Of a stretch of 54,274 nucleotides of DNA, positions 28,613-35,449 are shown piece after piece. The notes beneath the pieces were generated by a model, which worked only from the letters and a program-made list of their open reading frames with translations, did not search any database and was not told the origin of the DNA. Made by a program: the position numbers and the translations under genes. Location: assembly GCA_964623735.1 (NCBI GenBank), contig CAZUVE010000001.1, positions 1 through 54,274 on the forward strand, written 5' to 3'. How positions within the stretch are numbered: position 1 is the stretch's first letter; each line of letters opens with the position of its first letter. Source of the stretch: an uncultured Halobacteriales archaeon (lineage in GTDB: Archaea; Halobacteriota; Halobacteria; Halobacteriales; Haloarculaceae).

Positions 28613-28668
28613 AGATATTCGCCACCCCGGGGTGCCGACAGTGCTCACGCGCTTATAGCCGACAGTAT
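28589..28668 (+). mobile_element. family-A MITE-like insertion inside the coding sequence
   Basis: AT-ACTGTCGGCTATAACTTCGTGAAGATATTCGCCACCCCGGGGTGCCGACAGTGCTCACGCGCTTATAGCCGACAGT-AT. 28589..28666 is 78 nt (26 codons) with one in-frame TGA at 28610. Confidence 0.85.
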
Positions 28669-29452
28669 GAACAATCTGCAAGAGCAGACACAACGGATCC
28701 TGGACAACCATATCGCCGAGGAGATCGATCTCCGCCAGCAACAGGCCCGGCAGGACGCTCCCGCCAGTCCAGCGGAAGACACCGCACCGGATGGTTCGAA
28801 AGAACAGGTCGACGAGCAACCGACGGCGTCGCCGGCAGAACCGCCGCCGTGTGACACGTGTGGGCGGGAGGAGGTCCGCGTCGAGCGCCAGACCACGGTC
28901 CGACAGGTCCAGTCGGATCTGGAGTTCCGAAAGCTCAGTTTCGCAGGGTCGGTCACCCCCGGACTGTTCGACAACGAGGGGTCGCTTGACCCGAGTCTGG
29001 ATGGCGGCCCGAGCGTCGAGACGACCGCGACACTCAAGGGCAACGAGGACACGTTCTGCGGGAACTTCGCGGGTGACGAAGACGCCTACGAGGCACTCGT
29101 CCACGATATAAAGGCGACCGACAGGCTCGCCGACCGATACGGGCCGGGGGAGCATCTCGAGGACAACATCGACATCGAGATGCTCCGGTCGAAGGTCGAG
29201 CATCTCCGGACGCAGGTGCGAGACCTCTCGACCGAGAAGCTGACTACGCTCAAAGAAGAACTCACAGCGATGCAGGAGTCAGTGGCCGCCCGGGTCGGGG
29301 ACCTCCGGACCAATCAGCGGTGGGCGAAGCTCCGTGACGACCTCGGGGTCTCGTCGCGCATCCAGCGGCTCCGAGACCTGCAGACCCAGGCCCAGAAGTT
29401 CGTGGACAACCACATCACCACTGAACTCATACTGTCGGCTATAACTACGTGA
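28667..29452 (+). CDS. module-2 ORF of the interrupted gene
   Basis: The ATG lies at the MITE/flank junction. Sequence is PPCDTCGREEVRVERQTTVRQV...EDTFCGNFAGDEDAYEALV...IDIEMLRSKVEHLRTQV...LTAMQESV...SRIQRL...NHITTEL, followed by MITE-derived ILSAITT*. Confidence 0.6.
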   Translation: MNNLQEQTQRILDNHIAEEIDLRQQQARQDAPASPAEDTAPDGSKEQVDEQPTASPAEPPPCDTCGREEVRVERQTTVRQVQSDLEFRKLSFAGSVTPGLFDNEGSLDPSLDGGPSVETTATLKGNEDTFCGNFAGDEDAYEALVHDIKATDRLADRYGPGEHLEDNIDIEMLRSKVEHLRTQVRDLSTEKLTTLKEELTAMQESVAARVGDLRTNQRWAKLRDDLGVSSRIQRLRDLQTQAQKFVDNHITTELILSAITT

Positions 29453-29508
29453 AGATATTCCCCAGTCCGGGGTGTCGATACTGCTCACGCGCTTATAGCC
29501 GACAGTAT
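29429..29508 (+). mobile_element. family-A MITE-like insertion inside the coding sequence
   Basis: AT-ACTGTCGGCTATAACTACGTGAAGATATTCCCCAGTCCGGGGTGTCGATACTGCTCACGCGCTTATAGCCGACAGT-AT, with an in-frame TGA at 29450. Confidence 0.85.
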
Positions 29509-29698
29509 CAGCGAGCGCCAGCAGCAGGCACAGCGAGCCCCCGGCGATCAACGACCCGGCCAGGGCGGCACCGACCCCGAGACTAGCCCCACGGCAGTTC
29601 CCGATGAGACCGAACCGGGCCAGCAGGCCCAAGCCAGTCCGGACGCGACCGGGAAAACGGACCAGTCGCCGACCGACTGCGAGCGCTGCGAGGAGGAG

Positions 29699-30805
29699 AT
29701 GGCCCGCGTCCGCCGCGAGGGGCGTGTCCGGCAGTTCGCCGAAGAGATGGAGCTTCGAGAACTCAACGTCGGGGTCTCGGTGGATATCGTCACCCAATCG
29801 CCCACGCCGAAGGCGAACCCGAAGTTCGAGCGCCGGCCCGATCGGTTTTGCAAAAACTTCGACGGCGACGAGAATGCGCTGGATGCACTCAAGCATGACG
29901 TCCAGCGGGTCACCACCGTTGCTCGAAACAACGCAGGCGGGGAATTCGTCGAAGACGTCGTCGACGTCGAGATGGTCCGGTCGAAGCTGGAGACGTTGCC
30001 GGAGTCCGTCGAAGGGCTCTCCGAGCAGAATCTGAGAGACCTCCGAGGATCACTCGCCGAAATGCGCGACCGGCTGGCCGAGCGGATACAGGACCTCCGA
30101 GACAGTCAGCGACGGAAACTGGAGCAGTTACGGGAGAAGCTAAACCTCTCCTTGCGGCTCGAACGTCTCGAGAACCTGAAAGAGCAGGCCGTCGAGGTCA
30201 TCGACCAGCACCTCGATCCCGAACTGGACCGTCGCCAACAGCCGGGTACCAACTCCGACGACGATCCATCGAGCAGTCCGAGCAGCGGTGGGCCAGAGAC
30301 CGGACCCGACAGCAGGCCCAGTTCCGGCTCCGGTACTGAGTCGGGCTCAGACGGTGGCTCGGGTACCGGAAGCAGGAGTGGTAACGATGGGGCCAACGGT
30401 GGCACTGGGGCTACCGGGAGCGATGGAACTAGCGGCGCCAGCGGATCGAGCGGGAGCAGCGACAGTAGCGGTAGCGCCACGACTGACGATGGCACAGGCG
30501 CGGACGGAACGGACAGCGGGGGGACCGGCGAGGATACCGAGCCCGACGCCGATGAGAGCGGTGACGGCTGGGGGACCGGTGAGCAGGACGGCACCCCCGA
30601 CGGTGCGGACTCCGAGCCCGACCGTGACGTCGATGACGAACCCGGCAACGACCGGTCTGAAAAGGAAGAACGAGACCGACGAGGCGAACCCGACGAAGAG
30701 GGTCCCGACGAGGACGAGGACGAGAACGAGCGCGAAGCCGAAGAACCTCATCAGGACGACGAACCCGAGGCGGACACCGAACCAGATCACGGCCCGATGT
30801 TATAA
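29699..30805 (+). CDS. module-3 ORF plus long G/S/D/E-rich tail (first ATG lies after the module's CxxC)
   Basis: The frame is open from 29453 (…ISERQQQ…TDCERCEEEMARVRREGRVRQF…), but no ATG/GTG/TTG precedes 29699. Downstream are RFCKNFDGDENALDAL, VDVEMVRSKLETLPESV and LAEMRDRL. Confidence 0.55.
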   Translation: MARVRREGRVRQFAEEMELRELNVGVSVDIVTQSPTPKANPKFERRPDRFCKNFDGDENALDALKHDVQRVTTVARNNAGGEFVEDVVDVEMVRSKLETLPESVEGLSEQNLRDLRGSLAEMRDRLAERIQDLRDSQRRKLEQLREKLNLSLRLERLENLKEQAVEVIDQHLDPELDRRQQPGTNSDDDPSSSPSSGGPETGPDSRPSSGSGTESGSDGGSGTGSRSGNDGANGGTGATGSDGTSGASGSSGSSDSSGSATTDDGTGADGTDSGGTGEDTEPDADESGDGWGTGEQDGTPDGADSEPDRDVDDEPGNDRSEKEERDRRGEPDEEGPDEDEDENEREAEEPHQDDEPEADTEPDHGPML

Positions 30806-30963
30806 GCAGTCGTATGCTCCTGCCGACGAGAAGCGCCGGGAGTCCGTCACTATGACGCGTCGTTGTTCCCGCCGCCGGTCCGTCACCACCGACTGTGGAT
30901 GCCACACTCGGAGGTGGCCAGAGCCGCTACGACGACACAACAGCGTGGTCGTTCCGATACGGG

Positions 30964-32511
30964 TCAGGCGTCCGGCGGGAGTTGTGCATCGGGGTCGCTG
31001 CCCTCCAGTGCGGACTCGATCTCCGCGGTGACCTCTATCCCGCTCAACATGTCCTCGCCATACACCGCTAGAGTGCCGTCGTTGTTGACCGTGAACTCGA
31101 CGGCAAGCGACCCCTGTCCGGGCTCGCGAGGGTCGATCCCCTCCAAAGTGGCCTGGCCGAGGAACTCGTTGTCAGGGGCCTTGTCTGACTCACCCTGGTA
31201 CACTTCGATGGCGACGGTCGTCTGGTTCGGGTCCGCGACGCTGTAGCCCTCCTGTCGCTCGGTGGTCGGCAGTTGAGTGTCGCGTTCGACGATAGGGTCG
31301 AACCGGTCGCCGGGCTGGACCTTGACCCCGATCGACTGCGGGAGAACGTCGATCAGCACCAGGCCCGCCTCCTCGGTCGATTCACCGCTCGGTAGCGCCG
31401 CCTCATCGGCTTCGTCGTCGAGCACGGCCGCCTGGATGGCCGCGCCCATCGCGACCGCGTGGTCGGGACTAATCTCCTTGGAGGGCTCCATCCCGAAGTA
31501 ATCGGTAACCAGTTCTTCGACCTGTGGCATCCGCGTCGACCCCCCGATGAGCAGTACCTTGTCGATGTCCTCGACCGCGTAGTCCGTCCGGTCGAAGATG
31601 TCGTCCATCGGATCGGTGGTTCGGTCAAGGAGGTCCGCCGTCATGTCCTCGAACTGGGCGCGGGTGACCTCCTCGTCGAGGTTGTACGACTGCTCGGGCA
31701 GGACGAACGGCACCGTGAGATTCACCGACTGCTGCTCTGAGAGCTTGTGCTTGGCCTCCTGAGCGGCTTCGAAGATCCGGCCCCGCTGGTCGGCGTAGTC
31801 GGGGTCATCGCTGATGTCGACGCCGGTATCCTCCTCGATGCTGTCGTATGCGAACTGTACGATCGCCTCGGTCCAGTTCGATCCACCGAGTTCGTTGTCG
31901 CCGTCGGTCGCGACCGTCTCGATATAGTTGAACTCGTACTCGGCCTCGACCAGCGTTGCGTCGAACGTGCCCCCGCCGAGGTCGTACACGAACACTATCT
32001 CGTTGTTCACCTCGCCCAGTTGCTGCTCGCGGAATCCGTAGGCCAGCACTGCCGCGCTGGGTTCGGGAAGCAACTTCTCTACGTTCATGCCGGCAAGTTC
32101 GCCGGCCTCTCGAGTGGCGGTCCGTTCCCGATCGGTGAAATACGCCGGCACGGTGATGACCGCGTTGGTAACGTCGGTGCCCAGTCGGTCCTCGGCGTCG
32201 CCCACTAGCTTCTGGAGAATAAGCCCGGACACCTCTTGTGGAGTAAATTCCTCGTCCCCCATCATGACGGTCTCGTTGGTCCCCATGAGCTTCTTGACCT
32301 CCCGAACCGTCCAGTCGGGTTTCATCATCATGTTGTTTACCGCACTCTCTCCCACCAGCGACTCACCTTCCTCGGTCAGATGCACGACCGAGGGGGTGAT
32401 GCCTTTGCCATCGCTGTTATCGATGACGGTCGGCTCCCCGTCGGTGATGTGCGCCATCGCACTGCGAGTCGTCCCAAGGTCTATGCCAATCGTACGCTCG
32501 CCGTTTGACAT
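30964..32511 (-). CDS. Hsp70-family ATPase, lid-less (paralog A)
   Basis: MSNGERTIGIDLGTTRS, VITVPAYFTDRERTATREAGELAGM, EPSAAVLAYG, YDLGGGTFDAT and LIGGSTRMPQV, with a beta-sandwich SBD (IDVLPQSIGV...). The protein ends about 60 aa after SBD-beta, so there is no helical lid and no EEVD. Start trimmed to ATG 32511. Confidence 0.9.
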   Translation of the reverse strand: MSNGERTIGIDLGTTRSAMAHITDGEPTVIDNSDGKGITPSVVHLTEEGESLVGESAVNNMMMKPDWTVREVKKLMGTNETVMMGDEEFTPQEVSGLILQKLVGDAEDRLGTDVTNAVITVPAYFTDRERTATREAGELAGMNVEKLLPEPSAAVLAYGFREQQLGEVNNEIVFVYDLGGGTFDATLVEAEYEFNYIETVATDGDNELGGSNWTEAIVQFAYDSIEEDTGVDISDDPDYADQRGRIFEAAQEAKHKLSEQQSVNLTVPFVLPEQSYNLDEEVTRAQFEDMTADLLDRTTDPMDDIFDRTDYAVEDIDKVLLIGGSTRMPQVEELVTDYFGMEPSKEISPDHAVAMGAAIQAAVLDDEADEAALPSGESTEEAGLVLIDVLPQSIGVKVQPGDRFDPIVERDTQLPTTERQEGYSVADPNQTTVAIEVYQGESDKAPDNEFLGQATLEGIDPREPGQGSLAVEFTVNNDGTLAVYGEDMLSGIEVTAEIESALEGSDPDAQLPPDA

Positions 32512-32593
32512 CAAGATAATACACAGCGGCAGCCACATTAAATCTTGACACCGCGCTGACGTTGCCGAACATCTTATTTTCGTCGCCTTCACA
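32512..32593. promoter_or_regulatory. 82-bp divergent intergenic region of the two Hsp70 genes
   Basis: Relatively AT-rich (TTAAAT, CTTATTTT as TATA-box candidates). A 7-bp inverted repeat TCAAGAT(32511-17)/ATCTTGA(32542-48) is present. Confidence 0.4.
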
Positions 32594-34180
32594 ATGGCAG
32601 ATATGTCGCCAGCGGACGGCACGACCGTCGGCATTGATTTGGGAACGACCAGAACGGCGGTTGCTCATGTGACGAGGGGCACACCGACGTTGCTCGCGAA
32701 TGCCGGGGGGTACAACCTGACGCCCTCTGTCGTGCACGTCCCCCGTGACGGGCCAGCACTCGTCGGCCGTGAAGCCAGCGACCGGCTGCTGATGGAGCCA
32801 GAGCGGACCATCGCGGAGGTCAAACGCCATATGGGCGATGAGACCGAACTGAGTCTTGGACAGTCGACACGCCGCCCTGAGGAACTATCGGCGCTAATAC
32901 TCGAGAAGGTCGTCAACGATGCCGCCGACCGGACCGACACCACTGTCGAGACGGCAGTCATCACCGTACCGGCGTACTTTACCGGACGGCAGCGGACGGC
33001 GACCCGTAACGCGGGTGAGATTGCGGGTCTTCACGTCGATCAGTTGCTACCCGAGCCCAGCGCGGCGGTGCTGGCCTACGGGTACGAACAGCAGAAGCTC
33101 GGGGAGGTTACCGACGAGACGCTGCTGGTGTACGACCTCGGCGGAGGAACGTTCGACGCGACGCTCGTCGAGGCCGAATACGAGCATAACTACATCGAGA
33201 CGGTGTTCACCGAGGGGGACAGCGGGCTCGGCGGGCACGACTGGACGGCCGAGATCGAGGCGTGGGTGGCCGACGAGATCCGTTCCGACACCGGGATCGA
33301 CGTCACCAGTGGGTCGGCCTACGCCGACCAGCGCAACCGCATCCGGTCGGCTGCTCGTGAGGCCAAACACGAACTCGTCGACCAGCAAAAGACCGTGGTA
33401 AATATTCCGTACGTCGTCCCAGAGGAAAACTACCACTTCGAACGCACGATTGATCGGGCACAGTTCCAAGCGATGACCGAGCACCTGCTCGAACAAACCC
33501 GCAAGACCATCGAGACCGTGTTCCACCAGACGGACTACACCACCGCCGACGTCGACACGGTCCTGCTGGTCGGAGGCGCCTCCCGGATGCCACAAGTGGA
33601 GTCGATGCTCCGGTCGTACTTCGGGATGGCACCCTCCAGAGAGGTCCACCCCGACCACGCCGTCGCGATGGGCGCAGCCGTCCAGGCAGCTGTCCTTGAC
33701 GACAGCGTGACCGGCGTCGGCGAGATGCTGTCACATGCCGAGGACGACGGCGCCGGCGCGCCGAGCGGCATCGTCCTCGTGGACGTGCTCCCCCAGACGC
33801 TCGGGGTGGAATTGGACAACGGGCAATTCTCACCGGTCATCGAGCAGGGCGCTCAACTGCCGACGACTGTCCGCAAGGAAAATTTCCAGACGGTACACCC
33901 TGACCAGACCGCGGTCAAGTGGCCGATCCGCCAAGGCGAATCGCCACAGGCCGTCGACAACGACCTCCTCGGGACGGTCTGGATCCGTGACATCCCCCCG
34001 CGAGACCCGGACCGCGATAGCATCGCCGTCGAGTTCACCATGACCTCCGACGGCACGTTGCAGGTAGAGGTCGAAGACCTGATCACGGGCAGGCTGGTCG
34101 ACGCGACGATCGAGTCCGGCATCCGACTCTCCGATGCCGAGATCACGGAAATGAGCGCTGACATCCCAGGGGTGGAGTGA
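32594..34180 (+). CDS. Hsp70-family ATPase, lid-less (paralog B)
   Basis: TVGIDLGTTRT, VITVPAYFTGRQRTATRNAGEIAGL, EPSAAVLAYG, YDLGGGTFDAT, LVGGASRMPQV and VDVLPQTLGV. It ends shortly after SBD-beta. Confidence 0.9.
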   Translation: MADMSPADGTTVGIDLGTTRTAVAHVTRGTPTLLANAGGYNLTPSVVHVPRDGPALVGREASDRLLMEPERTIAEVKRHMGDETELSLGQSTRRPEELSALILEKVVNDAADRTDTTVETAVITVPAYFTGRQRTATRNAGEIAGLHVDQLLPEPSAAVLAYGYEQQKLGEVTDETLLVYDLGGGTFDATLVEAEYEHNYIETVFTEGDSGLGGHDWTAEIEAWVADEIRSDTGIDVTSGSAYADQRNRIRSAAREAKHELVDQQKTVVNIPYVVPEENYHFERTIDRAQFQAMTEHLLEQTRKTIETVFHQTDYTTADVDTVLLVGGASRMPQVESMLRSYFGMAPSREVHPDHAVAMGAAVQAAVLDDSVTGVGEMLSHAEDDGAGAPSGIVLVDVLPQTLGVELDNGQFSPVIEQGAQLPTTVRKENFQTVHPDQTAVKWPIRQGESPQAVDNDLLGTVWIRDIPPRDPDRDSIAVEFTMTSDGTLQVEVEDLITGRLVDATIESGIRLSDAEITEMSADIPGVE

Positions 34181-34417
34181 CGGCCTCTGTCGAGCTGGTA
34201 TCGGATCTGACCGGGGAGTCGCCGGTAGGTTGGGTAGCCAGGCCGTTGCAGCGACAGAGACGCTGCTTGCCTCTGTCAGTGCAGTTTCGACTGTGACTGT
34301 GGCCGTCTGCTGGGTCAAGCCACCGGCTTGAACACGCACACCGACCACTCTGCGACTCGCTGGACGCGAGAGTTTGCCGAACCGTTCGCAGGCCGGAAAA
34401 CCGCGGCACACGCGCGG

Positions 34418-34657
34418 CTACCGGTCGCACGTCTCACTGAACTCCGCCCGGAGGTATGGCTCCTCTGCCCGGGGTCGTAGCGACACCCATCCCACATGAA
34501 CTGCGGCGAGCGCGGCGAGGAACGCTGACTCGGCTTCCTCGGCGCGAACAGTGACAGAGCGTTCAAGACCGCCGAGATCGCCCGGCAGACGGACCCCGAC
34601 AGCGGGAGCGTGAGTACGGCCCTCTCCCGGTTGGAGCACCGTGACCTCGTGGAACAC
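34418..34657 (-). CDS. hypothetical 79-aa ORF (weak)
   Basis: Composition is reasonable, but I recognised no motif. It may be a gene fragment. Confidence 0.2.
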   Translation of the reverse strand: MFHEVTVLQPGEGRTHAPAVGVRLPGDLGGLERSVTVRAEEAESAFLAALAAVHVGWVSLRPRAEEPYLRAEFSETCDR

Positions 34658-34671
34658 AAGGCTGTCTACTG

Positions 34672-34750
34672 ATACTGTCGGCTATAAGCGCGTGAGCACT
34701 GTCGGCACCCCGGGTGGAGAATATCTTCACGTACTTATAGCCGACAGTAT
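34672..34750 (-). repeat. family-A repeat (reverse orientation)
   Basis: ATACTGTCGGCTATAAGCGCGTGAGCACTGTCGGCACCCCGGGTGGAGAATATCTTCACGTACTTATAGCCGACAGTAT. Confidence 0.85.
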
Positions 34751-34888
34751 GAGCAATCACCGAGGACGACGAGCGGTTGCAGTCGTACGACGACTACAGT
34801 CGTGCGACGGCGCTGTTCAACGACCAGCTCGGCACGGAGGACGGCAGCGAGTGGGCGAAACACGCACCCGAGTCAGCAGGAGGACGAG

Positions 34889-35017
34889 CATCCGGCTTTC
34901 GAACCCGGTGATGTCGTCTTCGGTGCTGGTCCGTTCAAGAGTGCGATCGCTGCCCGGCCGTGGTTGGTCGTCTCGAACGATGTTCCACTTGGAACTGTAG
35001 CACAATTCTTGCTTTGA
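34889..35017 (+). pseudogene. N-terminal fragment of a PemK/MazF-family toxin
   Basis: FEPGDVVFGAGPFKSAIAARPWLVVSNDVP matches the haloarchaeal MazF N-terminus. There is no start codon, and the fragment is truncated at about 34995. Confidence 0.5.
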
Positions 35018-35214
35018 AGAGAAAAAACCGTTCCTGGCACTTCTTTATCAAAGGCGTCCAACAGTTGATAAATCGCGTCAGCGTCGCGTTCCGAGACATC
35101 ACCCCTAAGATTCGGTGGACCGGTTCCACTCTGCTCTGGATCCCCACCAGTCACTTTTTTCAGCCGTTCGCGTGCAGATTCGTACATGCCCCGAGGATCA
35201 TCTCGATGTGGCAT
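35000..35214 (-). pseudogene. N-terminal fragment of a tyrosine-recombinase-type integrase (haloarchaeal provirus type)
   Basis: MPHRDDPRGMYESARERLKKV...GDVSERDADAIYQLLDAFDKE resembles the N-terminal SAM-like region of haloviral integrases. Codons are AT-richer. It lies about 55 bp inside attR, and the catalytic domain is absent. Confidence 0.4.
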
Positions 35215-35271
35215 AGTCAATTTCCGGCTCCGTTGCTTTTATTTCTTAGAACGGAAACTGTACGACAATAA

Positions 35272-35286
35272 AAGATCAAGGACATG
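35272..35286 (+). repeat. attR core (AAGATCAAGGACATG)
   Basis: Identical to 20142..20156. Confidence 0.8.
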
Positions 35287-35370
35287 ATGGAAGAACAGGA
35301 GAACGAGTGGGAGCAGGCCGAAAGCGACGATGAAGAAGCCGAAGAGGAACCGCTCGCGGCCGACGACTGA
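35287..35370 (+). other. displaced native 3' end of atpD (27 codons + stop)
   Basis: Read in frame from the repeat it gives (KIKDM)MEEQENEWEQAESDDEEAEEEPLAADD*, parallel to the atpD tail (KIKDM)[28 protein letters not shown]. Codons are GC3-rich like the atpD body. Confidence 0.7.
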
Positions 35371-35449
35371 TAGTGATTGCTGTACCTGTGTACCGGTACG
35401 ACCGTACGCTGTCGTGCGGTGGATCCGGCACTGACTTACAGCAGTTACT
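35371..35449 (-). repeat. family-B repeat, ending at the start codon of the next gene
   Basis: TAGTGATTGCTGTACCTGTGTACCGGTACGACCGTACGCTGTCGTGCGGTGGATCCGGCACTGACTTACAGCAGTTACTA. Confidence 0.8.

Larger units (their letters stand above)
28055..30805 (+). pseudogene. three-module Cys-motif/coiled-coil protein gene, interrupted by two in-frame family-A MITE insertions (each adds one TGA)
   Basis: ORFs 28055..28612, 28667..29452 and 29699..30805 are all in the same frame. The modules share CxxC...V(R)Q...FCxNF...(V/I)D(V/I)EM(V/L)RSK(I/V/L)E.L...L(T/A)(A/E)M...QRL. The interruptions fall inside modules, not between them. A G/S/D/E-rich tail follows after about 30240. Confidence 0.7.
20142..35286. 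mobile_element. integrated element / genomic island (~15.1 kb) in the 3' end of atpD; degraded and probably immobile
   Basis: Bounded by the 15-bp direct repeat, with a duplicated atpD tail at both junctions. An integrase N-terminal fragment sits next to attR. Terminase, TraD/VirD4-like and MazF fragments lie inside, along with an AT-rich segment at 21720..22084. Confidence 0.75.

Noticed and set aside
28610-29452. Programmed TGA recoding (selenocysteine-type) at the two MITE-borne stop codons
   Set aside because: I could not recognise a SECIS-like element, and the TGA is simply part of the repeat consensus (…CGTGAAGATATTC…) present in all intergenic copies. Read-through remains only a formal possibility, which is noted in the finding.
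30288-31031. Alternative-frame ORFs over the G/S/D/E-rich tail of the modular gene (30288..31031 plus strand; 30106..30648, 30347..30790 and 30429..30905 minus strand)
   Set aside because: The low-complexity repetitive DNA is open in several frames. Only the frame continuous with module 3 has upstream support.
33830-34411. 193-aa minus-strand ORF downstream of and overlapping Hsp70 paralog B
   Set aside because: Most of it is antisense to the Hsp70 gene. The non-overlapping part (34181..34411) has no start or motif support. A short Thr/Ala/Val-rich stretch is not enough to call a gene.
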